NCBI RefSeq assembly: GCF_009914755.1
Contig: NC_060927.1
Length of the DNA: 64,000 bases
Source of the DNA: the human T2T-CHM13v2.0 reference genome, Homo sapiens
Direction: 5' to 3' (one strand)
Positions 1 through 13,453 of this stretch are shown piece by piece. The position numbers and the translations under genes are program-made. Below the pieces are notes generated by a model. The model ran no database searches, had not been told where the DNA came from, and saw nothing but the letters and a program-made list of their open reading frames with translations. How positions within the stretch are numbered: position 1 is the stretch's first letter; every line of letters starts with the position of its first letter.

Positions 1-505
1 ACCCAAAGAATATAAACTGTTCTGTCATAAAGACACATGCACGTATATGTTCATTGGAGCACTATTCACAACAGCAAAGGCATGGAATAAACCTAAATGC
101 CCATCAATGGTAGACTGAATAAAGAAAATGTGGTACATATAAACCATGGAGCTGTCTTAAAAATATGGTATCATGTCCTTTGCAGGAACATGGGTGGAGC
201 CAGAGGCTATTATCCTTAGCAAACTGACTCAGGGACAGAAAACCAAATGCCGCATGTTCTCACTTACAAGCGGGAGGTAAATGATGAGAACACATGGACA
301 TACAGAGAAGAATAACAGGCACTGGGGCTTATCAGAGGGCGGAGGGTAGAAGGAGGGAGAGGAACAGGAAAAAAAAAAAAAACTAATGGGCACTAGGCTT
401 AGTACCTAGGTTATGAAATAATCTGCACAACAAACCCCACGACTCAAGTTTACCTGTATAACAAACCTGCACATGTAACCCTGAACTTAAAATGAAAGTT
501 AAAAA
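1..505 (+). mobile_element. L1 3' end (old primate L1PA13-16/L1PB-like), runs off window start
   Basis: Typical L1 3' UTR motifs (AAAGACACATGCACGTATATGTTCATTG...; AACAAACCTGCACATGTAACCCCTGAACTTAAAATGAAAGTTAAAA terminus). Confidence 0.9.
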
Positions 506-689
506 TTTAAAGAAGATATTTATTGATTCTTGATTTATGATGCAGACTATAGTAAATGTGCCATGAGAACTGTAGGCAATATGATTTCTATTTTCTTTAT
601 ATCGTGTTTTGTTGTTATTTTATTCATTTCTTAATGGTGTTTTTCAGGCTTTCTCTATTCCTACAGATTTTTTGTGTATTTTTCATCAG

Positions 690-1150
690 AGAATGAGAAA
701 ACTTTTTAATCTTTCACTAAGATTGTGAATTGGGCTATCTCTTTTTAGCTGTGATAATTTTTGCTGTATACATTTTGAAACTCTTTTATCACGAGACTAC
801 TTGTTTATATTTGTTATATCTTACTTGTGAACTCACCTATTTTTGAACATCTGTTTTTCATTTTCTTAACCTTTCTGACATAAAGTCAATTTTGTCTAAC
901 ATTTGTATATCCATATAAGTTGTCTTTTGGCGTGTGTGTTTATTGTGTATATTTTTATATCTTTTAATATCAACCTTTCTGTTCTCTTATATTTATACTG
1001 TTCTATTATAAGAAATATGCAACTTATTTGTTTTAAGAAAGTCTGAGAATTTTTCCCCTTTAATTGGAGTTTTCAAGCTATTAGATTTAACATAATTGCT
1101 GATTATGTTTACATCTACCATCTTACTATTTGATTTTAATTATCCCTTCC
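690..1150 (-). mobile_element. Highly degraded L1M fragment (ORF2 endonuclease region, antisense)
   Basis: T-rich sequence with motifs like AAAGTCAATTTTGTCTAACATT and CTTTAATTGGAGTTTT typical of antisense old L1M; boundaries approximate. Confidence 0.5.
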
Positions 1151-2169
1151 CCATTTTTAATATGTTTTATGGTATTTTTAACTAAAATTTTTATTTTTCA
1201 TTGAAAAATTTTTATGGAAAAATTTTTGAAACATTTTTAGGTTTCAGATGACATGATTTCCCTCTTGGGAAGAGTTACCTTATCCCCTGGTTGAAAGCTA
1301 AATGGAAGGATCCCTTCAATTCAAACAGCGAGTGAGCTGAATGGAGGTAGTGTTTCTGAATTTGTAAAGTTCAAACTATATCATGTTTTCCTTCAATTAA
1401 GCTTTCTCAAGTGGAAGTCTTGAAATTTTACTAGAATACTTCATTTAGGTAGGTCTTGAACGCCAATATTTATCCCCTTAGCAGTCTGAGGCTACTAAAA
1501 TAAATGAATAGTCATAATAACTCACAAACAAAAAATTCTACTCTATTTTTGCTTTCTATTAGCCTCACAAAGCTTAAAATGTTGGTTAATGGCTTCAGGG
1601 GAAAATAATTAAGTCTAAGAACTTCAATGCTTCATAACTGCCTTCTTTTAGGAATCTTGGTCCTTTAGATGCTTGCTGTCTCAGAAACTATCCTATGATT
1701 CTAAATAGACCATAACCAGAAACAAGAATTCACAAATAATTTTTATTCCATGCTTCTGATTTTTTTATAAATGTTTCTGTAAAAGAACTATTCTAAACAC
1801 ATATTTCAGTGAAAATAAATTGAAGGCTGGCCTACAAGAGATAACAGTCTTGAAATCATTTAATCATATTTCAATCTGCAACAAAAAGGCCAAAAATATT
1901 GCCACTCTTTTGTGCCTTGAGTCAAAGTTTGCTAATCAAATTCTGTCTAAATGAAGTAAATAATTGATGCTTAAGAGGTTACCTCCTTGGAGGCATTTTA
2001 ACCAATTATATGAATTATTACAATAAAACTACAAAAACTATATTTCTACTTGGGAATATTGCTCTTTCATTATTCTCCTTCCTTTATATTCAACAACTCT
2101 CCTTTTCCATGGAAGTATCCTATTAACATTTAAGTATCACAAGCTTCTCTCATTTAAAAAATAAAATAC

Positions 2170-3010
2170 TCTCTCCAGACCCTTTATTGTTCTTCAGTGG
2201 TGCAGCTCTTCTTTTAAAACCAAATGTCTTCAAATAGAAGCATGCAATCCCTCTCTTATTCCTCAATTCTTACTCAATGCAAAGTGCACTAAAGGCACCA
2301 AGGACTTCCCCCTCTTAATCCATAGCAGTTCTTCATTCACTGTAGCCCTCTTTTAAGCAGCCAAAGTTATTGACTATTGACTCCTGGGAATGCCATTTTT
2401 TCCCTAACTTCAGTGTTGCTTTTTTTCTGGTTTTCCTTTGACCTATCTGGCTACCCTTCCTCAAAGTCTTTTGCAGGCTTTTCATCTTCTGCATTTCTCT
2501 TAAACATTAGTGTCTACCAAATTTCTCTCTTATACTTTATTCTAGTCATATTTAATAAAATATATTTAAATTATTTCATCACAAAATATCATTCGTTCTG
2601 AAACCTAAAACTCAGAGCTCTTTCTTCAACCTCAAATCCACATATTCACTGATTACTGGATGGCACAATTTAAATGCCCCATTAACCTCAAATTTAACAC
2701 ATCACAAGCTGAACTCACTAATTCCCCCCCAACCCCGCTAACTTACTCATCTGTCTGCACTTCCAATGTAAGTAAATGACTACACCTAGTTATCCAAGGA
2801 AACTATTGCTTCCAATTAATTACCAAAATCTAGTCATTGTATTTCCCTAAATGTTTCTTGAGATCTTCACCATCTCCACTGCCATTATTCTAGGGCATGC
2901 TATAATTATTTCCCTTTAAGATCATGGCAAAGTTTTCTAGTTAATTTTGCTGCATCAATTTTTATCTTCCTAAAATTTATTCTACTCTATGAGGCCAAAG
3001 TGACATTTTA
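2170..3010 (+). mobile_element. L2 LINE fragment
   Basis: L2 core motifs (TTCTGGTTTTCCTTTGACCTATCTGGCTACCCTTCCTCA; CCTCAAATTTAACACATCACAAGCTGAACTC). Confidence 0.75.
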
Positions 3011-4099
3011 AATATTTGAATTGAGGCTGAGCCACCGAAGATGGCTCACTACAGATGTTAAATGTCATTTCTCCTCAGAAAGAAGATCAAAATTACAGGT
3101 GAATGGTCATTATCCAAATGGAAACCTGAGGAAATAGAGCCAGGACCTGTCAGAGAGCCCACAGGAAGAAGCCAGGGTACAGAAGAAGAAAGTAGCAAAC
3201 CTCTGGCAAAGACTGACTTGAGGAGCTCAGAGTCCTACAGAAGGTTTTGGTGAGGGGTCCTTCTCTGCTCCCCTCACTCTTGTGACAAATTGCTGATTAC
3301 CAAATTGTCAGAGGCCTTATGCCTTTGCAACAACAGGCAACCCTGTCGAAGCAATTTGGGAGCTTCTGAGGGTCAGGACACTGAGTGGCCAGCCTGTGCT
3401 AATGCACCTGCACTTCCCTCAGGCCCAAATTGAGACGGCACTTGCCATATTGGTTGTGCACCCATTGTGGGCCACTGCCCTGCTTGGGGAACCTCAGCTC
3501 TTATGTCACTGCACTAACAGATCTCCAGCAAACATACCCTAGAACCTGTTTTGATTTTGTCAATTACAGGGGACTTGCAGGTCCATGGGTTCCCCACAGA
3601 TCTAGCCCTTGGCATGGCCCCCCGCCAGGAGAGGGGAAAATTCAGTCTTCTAAATGCAACCCCAGGAGATGGAAAAATGCAGCCTTGAGACAAAAGAAAT
3701 GCAGGAATGGTGCCAATTACTAAAGGGGGCAACACCCAGGGCCAGGAAAAGAAATAGACGGGGTGGGAGGGGGGTGATTTCCCACTCCTTCTGTCCACTG
3801 TTGTTGATACAGCAGGGGCTTTCCCACCTGCAGTCTCATGCATGCACCCTTGGAGTTAGCCCCGCTAGTGCTTTTTGCAGTGGCTGCACCCTGTTGTAAG
3901 TGAGCCATACCACCCAGGCATGCACAAAAAACAGGGCCCGCCTCTTCCTCCTTAAACAGAGTGGTGGCATCCCAGCAATGGTGGGCAAACAAGCCACAGC
4001 TGTCTGCTCTGGACAGAGAGAAGTTCTTCTCTGAGCCCATTTGAATGGTAGCCACCAGAGGGGCATTTTTGAGAACCTCAATTGCACAGCAACAAGGAA

Positions 4100-4266
4100 C
4101 CCTTCAGCCATCATTAAAAGGTCCCTGAGGCTTCACCAGAAGCTGTGCAGATGCTGGTGTCATGCTTGTACAACTACAGAACCGTAAGCCAAACAAACCT
4201 ATTTCTGAAAATAAATTATTTTGTCTCAGGTATTCCATTTTGGCAGGGTAAAATGAACTAATACAG
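4100..4266 (+). mobile_element. 3' part of an MST (MaLR) LTR
   Basis: CCTGAGGCTTCACCAGAAGCTGTGCAGATGCTGG...GTCTCAGGTATTCC...GAACTAATACA matches the MST LTR 3' end; the 5' ~60% is missing. Confidence 0.85.
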
Positions 4267-6018
4267 TATCCAAGGATAATGATGAAGAAAAATTCATAAA
4301 GGCAGATAAAGAGAAGAGTCAAATCATCTATGAAGGGAATCCCATCAGATTAAGAGTGAAATTCTCAGCAGAAACCTTAAGAGCCAGAAGAGATTGAGGG
4401 CCATTTTTAGTCTTCTGAAAAAAAAAAAAAAAAAATTCAAGCCAAGAATTTTATATCCTGTCAAACTAATCTTCCTAAACAAGAAGTAGTCTTTCCCAGA
4501 CATGTAAACATTAAGGAACTTTGTCACCATTATGCTGGTCCTAAAACAAATGTTCCAATGAATTCTAAATATGGAAAACAAAACACACATAAATAAAATA
4601 TTCAGAGATCCAATAATGCAATTACACAACTGAGATTACAAAGCAACTAGCTGACAGCATTATGATGGAAAGAAAACCTCACATATCAATATTAACCTTG
4701 TATGTAAACAGCCAAAATATTCCACTTAAAAGATGTAGATTGGAAAATTAGATTTTTAAAAAGACCCAACCATCTGCTTCCTACAAAAAATGCAGCTAAC
4801 CGGTAAAGACAGTCACACGTTCAAAATAAGGGGTAGAAATAGACGTATTGTGCAAATCAAAACAGAAAAGAGCAGGGTTTGCTAACCAGCAATAGTAAAT
4901 AAAAATAAAAAAAGACAAAGAAGGGTATTAAATAATAATAAAGATTTTAGTTCAACAATCCAACAAGATGACTTAACTGTTCTAAATATATACGTACCCC
5001 ACATTGGAGCAACTAGATTCATAAAACAATTTCTTCTTGGCCTTCTAAAAGACTTAGACAACCACACAATAAGAGTCAGAGAATATAACATGTCACTTAT
5101 AGCATTAGACAGATCATCAAGGCAAAAATCTAACAAAGAAATGCTGAACTTAAATTTGACACTTGACCAATTGGACCTAATAGACATCTATAGAACACTC
5201 CAACAAACAACCACAGAATATACATTCTTCTCATCTGCACACAGAATGTATTTGAAGATCAATCATATGCTCAGTCATAAAGCAAGCCTCAATAAATTTT
5301 TTAAAAATGAAATTATACCAGACACACTCTCAGACCACAGGGCAATAAAAATAAAAATTAATACCAAGAAGACTTTCCAAAACTGTAGTTTTGGAAATTA
5401 AACAGCTTACTCCTGAATAGCTCCTCTGGAAACATCAAAATTAAGGCAAAAATAAAAAAAAATTCTTTGAAATTAATTAAAATAAGGATAAAACTTCTTA
5501 ACAAAATCTCTGGGATTCAGCCAAAGCAATCTTAAGAGGAAAATTTATTAGCCCTAAATGTCTTCATCAAGAAGTTACAAAGATCTCAAATTAACAATCT
5601 AACTTTGCAACAAAGGAACTAGAAAAGAAATAATATACCAACTCCAAAGGGAGCAGAAGCAAACAAATAACTAAAATTAGAGAAAAGCTTAATGAAATTG
5701 AGATGCAAAAATAAGATCAACTTTCGTTTCAAGGTTTTGTTCTTAGAAAAAGTAAATAAGATGATAGATCACTGCCTACACTAACAAAGAAAAAGAAAGA
5801 GAATATCCAAATAAGAACAATCAGAAATGACAAAGGCTACGTTACAATTGTTCCTACAGTAATACAAAAGATCCTCAGAGAATGCTATAAACAACTTTAT
5901 CCACACAAATTAGAAAATATAAAGGAAATAGATAAATTCCTGAAAGCAAACAATCTTTGAAGACTGAATCAGGAAGAGCTTGAAACTGTGAATAGATCTA
6001 TGTTAACTTCTGAAATTG

Positions 6019-9000
6019 TTATCGTCTGTTCAGGGTTCAAGATTTAAGCTAGCAGGGTTGTATTTTTCCAGGAATTTATACACCTCTTCTAGGTTTTCTA
6101 GTTTATGTGCATAAAGGTGTTCATAGTAGCCTTTAATAATCTTTTGTATTTCTGTGGAGTCAGTTGTAACATCTCCTGTTTCTTTTCTCATTGAGATTAT
6201 TTGGATTTCTCTCCTTTTCTCCTTGGTTAGTCTTGCTAATGGTCTATCAATTTTATTTATCTTTTTAAAGAACCAGCTTTTTGTTTCATTTATCATTTGT
6301 ATTTTTTTTGTTTCAATTTCATTTAGTTCTGCTCTGATCTTGGTTATTTCCCTTTTTCTGCTGGGCTTCCGTTTGGTTTGTTCCTGTTTCTCTAGTTCCT
6401 TGAGGTGTGACCTTAGAATGTCAGTTTGTGCTCTTTCAGTCTTTTTGATGTAGGTGTTTGAGGCTATGAACTTTCCTCTTAGCTCCACCCTTGTTGTATC
6501 TCAGAGGTTTTGATAGGTTGTGTCATTATTGTCATTCAGTTCAAATTATTTTTTAATTTCCATCTTGATTTTGTTTTTAACCCAATGGTCATTCAGGAGC
6601 AGGTTATTTAATTTCCATGTATTTGAATGGTTTTGAAGGTTCCTTTTGGAGTTGATTTCCAGGTTTATTCCACTGTGGTCTGAGAAAGTGCTTGATATAA
6701 TTTCAATTTGCTTAAATTCATTGAGGCTCGTTTTGTGGCCTATCATATGCACTATTTTGCAATAAGTTTCATGTGCAATAATAAGCAGTGAGATTGAAAC
6801 AGTAATTCAAAAATTACCAACAAAAAAGTCCAGGACCAGATGGATTCACAGCGGAATTCTATCAAACATTCAAAGAAGAATTGGTACCAATCCTATTGAA
6901 ACTATTCCACAAGATTGAGGAAGAGGGAACCCTACTTAATTCATTCTATGAAGCAAGAAATGCCCTAATACCAAAACCAGAAAAGAACATAGCCAAAAAA
7001 TAAAACTACAGTCCAATAACCCTGATGAACATAGATGCTAAAATTCTTAACAAAATACTAGCTGCCTGAATCCATCAACATATCAAAAAGATAATCCACC
7101 ATGATCAAGTGGGTTTCATACCAGGGATACAGAGATGGTTTAACATACACAAGTCAATAAATGTGATGTACCACAAAAACAGAGTTAATAACAAAAATGA
7201 CATGATCATCTCAATAGATGCAGAAAAACTATTTGACAAAATCCAGCATCCCTTTATGATTAAAACTCTCAGCAAAATCAGCATACAAGGAACAAACCTC
7301 AATATAATAAAAGCCAGCTATGACAAACCCACAGCCAACATAATATTGAATGGGGAAAAATTGAAAGCATTCCCTGTTAGAACTGGAACAAAACAAAGAT
7401 GCCCACTCTCACCACCCCTCTTCAACATAGTACTGGAAGTCCTAGCCAGAGCAATCAGACAAGAAAAAGAAATAAAGAGCATCCAAATTGGTAAAGACAA
7501 GTCAAACTGTCACTGTTTGCTGATGATATGATTGTTTTGTCTCAAAACCCTAAAGACTTCTCCAGAAAGCTCCTAGAACTGATAAAATAATTCAGCAAAG
7601 TTTCTGGATACAAGATTAATGTATGCAAATTAGCAGCTGTTCTGTACACCAACAGCGACCAAGTGGAGAATGAAATCAGGAACTCAACCCCTTTACAATA
7701 GCTGCAAAATAAATAAATAAATAAAATACTTAGCAATATACCTAACCAAGGAGGCAAAAGACCTCTACAAGGAAAACCACAAAACACTGCTGAAAGAAAT
7801 TATAGACAAAACAAACAAAGGGAAACACATCCCATACTCATGGATGGGTAGAATCAATATTGTGAAAATGATCATACTGCCAAAAGCAATCTACAGAGTC
7901 AATTCAGTCCCCATCAAAATACCACCATCATTCTTCACAGAATTAGAAAAAAAATTCTAAAATTCATATGGAACCAAAAAACAGCCCACATGGCCAAAGC
8001 AAGACTAAGCAAAAAGAACAAATCTGGAGGCATCACACTACCTGATTTCAAACTATACTATAAGGCCATAGTCACCAAAACAGCATGATATGGGTATAAA
8101 AATTGACACAAAGACCAATGGGACAGAATAGGAAACCTAGAAATAAACCCAAATTCTTACAGCTAACTGATCTTTGGCTAATCAAACCAAAACATAAAGT
8201 GGGGAAAGGACACCCTTTCAACAAACGGTGCTGAGATAATTGGTTAGACACATGCAGGAGAATGAAACTAGATCCTCATCTTTCACCTTACACAAAAATC
8301 AACTCAAGATGGATTAAGGTCTTAAATCTAAGACCTGAAACTATAAAATTTCGAGAAGATAATGTTGGAAAAGCCCTTTTAAATATTGGCTTAGGCAAGG
8401 ATTTCATGACCAAGAACCCAACAGTGAATACAATAAAAACAAAGATAAATAACTTGGACTTAATTAAACTAAAGAGATTCTGTATGGCAAAAGGAATAAT
8501 CAGCAGAGTTAACAGACAGCCCACAGAATGGGAGAAAATCTTCACAATCTCTACATCTGACAAAGGACTAATATCCAGAATCTACAATGAAATCAAAAAT
8601 CAGCAAGATAAAAACAAATAATCCCATCAAAAAGTGAGCTAAGGATGTGAATAGACAGTTTTCAAAAGAAGATGTTCAAGTGGTCAACAAACATAAAAAA
8701 AAATGCTCAACATCACTAATGATCGGGGAAATGCAAATCAAAACTAAAATGAGATATATCCTTACTCCTGCAAGAATGGCCATAATCAAAAAATCAAAAA
8801 TCCATAGATGCTGGCATGGATATGGTAATCAGGGAACACTTCTACACTGCTGGTGGGAACACAAACTAGTAAAACTACTATGGAAAACAGTGTGGAGTTT
8901 CCTTTAAAAACTAAAAGTAGAACTACCATTTGATCCAGCAATTCCACTACTGGGTATCTACCCAGAGGAAAAGAAGTCATTATACAAAAAAGAGACTTGC

Positions 9001-9463
9001 ACATGCATGCTTATAGCAGCAGAATTTGCAATTGCAAAATTGTGGAACCAACCAAAATGTCCGTCAATCAATGAGTGGATAAAGAAACTGTGATATACTA
9101 CTCAGCCGTAAAAAGGAATGAAAAATGAAAAAACGGCATTCACAGTGACCTAGATGAAATTGGAGACTTTTGTTCTTAGTGAAGTAACTCAGGAATGGAA
9201 AACTAACCATCATATGTTCTCACTGATACTTGAGAGCTAAGCTATGAGGACATAAAGGCACAGAATGATACAATGGACTTTGGGGACTTTAGGTGAAGGG
9301 TCGGGGGAAGTGAGGGATAAAAGGCTACAAATAGGGTTCAGTGCTTACTGCTCAAATCATGGGTGCACCAAAATCTCAAAAATCACCACTAAAGAACTTA
9401 CTCATGTAACCAAACACCACGGGTACCCCAATAACCTAAGGAAAAATAAAATTTAAGAAAAAG
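6019..9463 (+). mobile_element. L1PB1, 5'-truncated with 5' inversion (6019-6776 antisense, 6776-9463 sense), nested in the older L1
   Basis: TSD CTTCTGAAATTG at 6007-6018 and 9464-9475; minus-strand ORF2 remnants (6030-6488, 6546-6752) then plus-strand RT remnants (7109-7531, 8262-8621); L1PB1-type 3' end (GGGATAAAAGGCTACAAATAGGGTTCAGTG...AAAGAACTTACTCATGTAACC). Confidence 0.92.
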
Positions 9464-11096
9464 CTTCTGAAATTGAATCCACAATAAATAACCCACCAAC
9501 CAAAAAAGCCCTGGACTAGATAAATCCACAGCCTAATTCTATCAGACTTAAAAAGAAGAACTGATACCAATCCTACTGAAACTATTGCAAAAAGTCAAGG
9601 AAGAGAGGCTACTCCCTAACTCATTCTATGAAGCCAGTGTCAGAATGATACTAAAACCTAGTGGAGATAGGACAACAACAAAAAACTTCAGGCCAATATC
9701 TCCCATGAGCACAAATGCAAATTCCTTAACAAAATATTAGCAAACTAAATCCAGCATCATATCGAGAAGTTAATAGACCACAATCAAGTAGGCTTTATTC
9801 CTGCAATGCAAGGCTGATTCAACATATACAAATCAATAAATGTGATTCATAAAGAGAATGAAAAGCAAAAAACATGTGATCATCTCAATAGAAGCAGAAA
9901 AAGCTCTCAATAAAATTCAACATTACTTCATGATGAAAACTCTCAACAGACTAAGCATCAAAAGAACATACCTCAAAATAATATGAGCTATATATGACAG
10001 ATCAACAGCCAACATCATACTTAATGGGCAAAAGCTCAAACTATTCCCCTTGAGAAATGGAACAAGACAAGGATACCTACGCTCACCACTCCTATTCAAC
10101 ATAGGAAGCCCTAGCCAGAGCAATCAAGCAAGAGAAAAAATAAAAGACATTCAAATAGGAAAAGAAGTAAACATCTCTTTTTGCTGATGATGTGATTCTA
10201 TACCTAGAAAACCGAAAATGCTATGGCAAAGCCTACTAGAATGATAAATGACTTTAGTAAAGTTTCAGAATACAAAATCAATGTACAAAAATTCAAAACA
10301 TTTCTATACATCAGCAAGATCCAGGCTGAGAGTGAAATCAAAAACACAATCTCACTTACAATAGCCACAAAGAAAATAAAATACTTAGGAATACAACTAA
10401 CCAAGGAAGGTCTCTATAAGGAGAACTGCAAAATACTGTTGAATGAAATCAGAGACAATACAAATGTAGAAACATTCCAAGATCATGAGTTGGAAGAGTC
10501 AGTATTATATAAATGGCCATTCTGCCCAAAGAAATTTACAGATTCAATGCTTTTCCTGTTGGAATACCAATATCATTCATAGAATTGGGAAAAAAATTAT
10601 AAAATTCATATGAAACCAAAAGAGAGCCCTTACAAATAGCCAATGCAATCCTAAGCAAAAAGAACGAAGCCAGAAGCATCAAACTACCTGACTTCAAATG
10701 ATACCATAAAGCCATAGTAACAAAATAGCTTGGTACTGGTATGAAAAGAGACACATGGACCAAGGGATCAGAATAGAAAACTTAGAAATAAAGCCACCTA
10801 CCTGCAACCATCTGATCTTCAACAAGGCTGACAGCAGCAATAATGGAGAAAGGACTCCCTTTTCAATAAATAGTGCTGGGATATTTGGCTAGCCACATGT
10901 AGAAAATAGAAGAAGCTGGACCCCTCCCTTTCACCATATAAAAAATTAACTCAAAATGGATTAAAGATTTAAATGTAGGACCATAAACTGTAAAAATCCT
11001 GGAAAACAACCTAGGAAATACGCCAACATTGGCAAAGAATTTTTGGTTAAGTCCCCGAAAGCAATTGCAACAAAAACAAAAATAAACAAGTGGGAC

Positions 11097-11500
11097 TGAT
11101 ATAGTTTGAATATTTGCCCCCACCCAAATCTCATGTTGAATTGTAATCTCCAATGCTGGAGGTGGGGCCTAGTGGGAAGCATTTAGATCATGGTGGCAGA
11201 TCCCTCATGACTTGGTGCTGTCTTCATAATAGAGTTCTTATGAGATCTGGTCATTTAAAAGTGTGTGGCACCTCCCCCTTCACTCTCTCTCTCTTCCTTC
11301 TGCTCTGGCCATATCACATGCCTGCTCCTCCTTCACTTTCTGTCATGATTATAAGCTTTCTGAAGCTTCCCCAGAAGCTGAGCAGATGCCAGCACCATGC
11401 TTCCTGTACAGCCTGCACAATTGTGAGCTATTTAAACCTCTTCTCTTTATAAATTACCCAGTCTCAGGTCTTTATTTCAATGCAAGAATTGCCTAATACA
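11097..11500 (+). mobile_element. MSTA-like solo LTR (MaLR)
   Basis: TG...CA termini (TGATATAGTTTG...CTAATACA), 404 bp, exact 5-bp TSD GGGAC (11092-11096 and 11501-11505). Confidence 0.93.
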
Positions 11501-12490
11501 GGGACCTAATTAAACTTAGTAGCTCTGCACAGCAAAGGAAACTATCAACAGAGCAAATAACCGAGAGAATGGGAGAAAGTATTAGCAAATGATGGATCTG
11601 ACAAAGGACTAACATCCAGAATCTATAGAAAATCTAAACAAATCACAAGCAAAAAATAAATAGGCCTATTAAAAAAAAATTGGCAAATGACATAGGAAGA
11701 CAATCCTCAAAAGAAGACATTCAAGTGGCCAACAAATACACAAAAAAAATTCTCAGCATCACTAATCATCAGAGAAATGCAAATCAAAACCACAATGAGA
11801 TACCATCTCACACCAATCAGAATGGCTATTATCAAAGTCAGAAAACAACATGCTGTTGAGTCTGTGGAGAAAAGGGAATGCTTATACACTATTGGTGGGA
11901 ATGTAAATTAGTCCAGCCACCGTGGAAAGCAGTCTAGACATTTCTCAAAGAATTTAAAACAGAGGTACCATTTGAAGGAGCAATCCCATTGCTGGATATA
12001 TATCCAAAGGAAAATAAATAATTCTACCAAAAAGACACATGCATGTTTATGTTCATCACTGTGCTATTCACAGTAGCAGAGACATGGAACCAACCCAGGT
12101 GGCCATCAGTGGTAGATTGATTTTTTTTAATGTGGTATATTTACACTGCAAAATACCGCTCAGCCATAAAAAGAATAAAACCATGTATTTTGCAGCAACA
12201 TGAATACAGCTGGAAGCCATAATCCTAAGTGAATTGACACAGGGACAGAAACCAAACACAGCATGTTCTCACTTATAAGTGGAAGCTAAACACTGAGCAT
12301 ACATGGACATAAATATGGGAACAATACACTCTGTGGACTACTAGAGGGTGGAAGGAGGGGGTGTGAGTTTAAAACCTTCCTATTGGGCACTATGGTCACT
12401 ACCTGGGTGACAGGATCCATACCCCAAAACTCTGGTCAAACAATATTCTCATGTAACCACCTGCACATGTACACTCTGTATCTACAATAA

Positions 12491-12834
<344 letters not shown>

Positions 12835-13155
12835 GAAATTTTAAGTATAACAAGTTTATTATTACAAAGTTTACAGATTTCCTACAGTATTATTATTATT
12901 AGCACCAGATTATTTGAAAATCTTATACTTCTGAGCTGTAGTTATTTATTCATCCATTAATACATTAATTCATTTTTTCATTAATCTAATCAGTCATTCA
13001 CTTATGCATTCATGTCTATTCATATCTGGGATCTATTGGTTATAATACAAATTTGAAATTATTAATAGACTTTTGATATCAATTATAGTACATATAATTT
13101 ATCTGACTAGGTACCAATAAATTCAGTCATGATCCATTTTAAAATCCAAATGTAA

Positions 13156-13453
13156 GGCTGGGCGCGGTGGCTCACAACTGTAATCCCAGCACTTTGGAAG
13201 GCCAAGTCAGGTGGATCATGAGGTCAAGGGTTCGAGACCAGCCTGGCCAACATGGTGAAACCCCGTCTCTACTAAGAATACAAAAATTAGCCGGGTATTG
13301 TGGCGCATACTTATAATTCCAGATACTCAGGAAGCTTAGGCATGAGAATCTCTTGAACCCGGGAGGTGAAGGTTGCAGTGAGCCGGGATTGCGCCACTGC
13401 ACTTCAGCCTGGGCGACAGAGCAAGACTCCATCTCGAAAAGAAAAAAAAAAAA
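13156..13453 (+). mobile_element. Alu (AluSg/Sx-like)
   Basis: Full dimer with A tail; imperfect TSD AAAATCCAAATGTA / AAAATCCAACAGTA. Confidence 0.95.

Noticed and set aside
3430-4114. Overlapping ~100-aa ORFs in GC-richer DNA
   Set aside because: They lie in the 5' UTR of the old L1 and show no recognisable domain.
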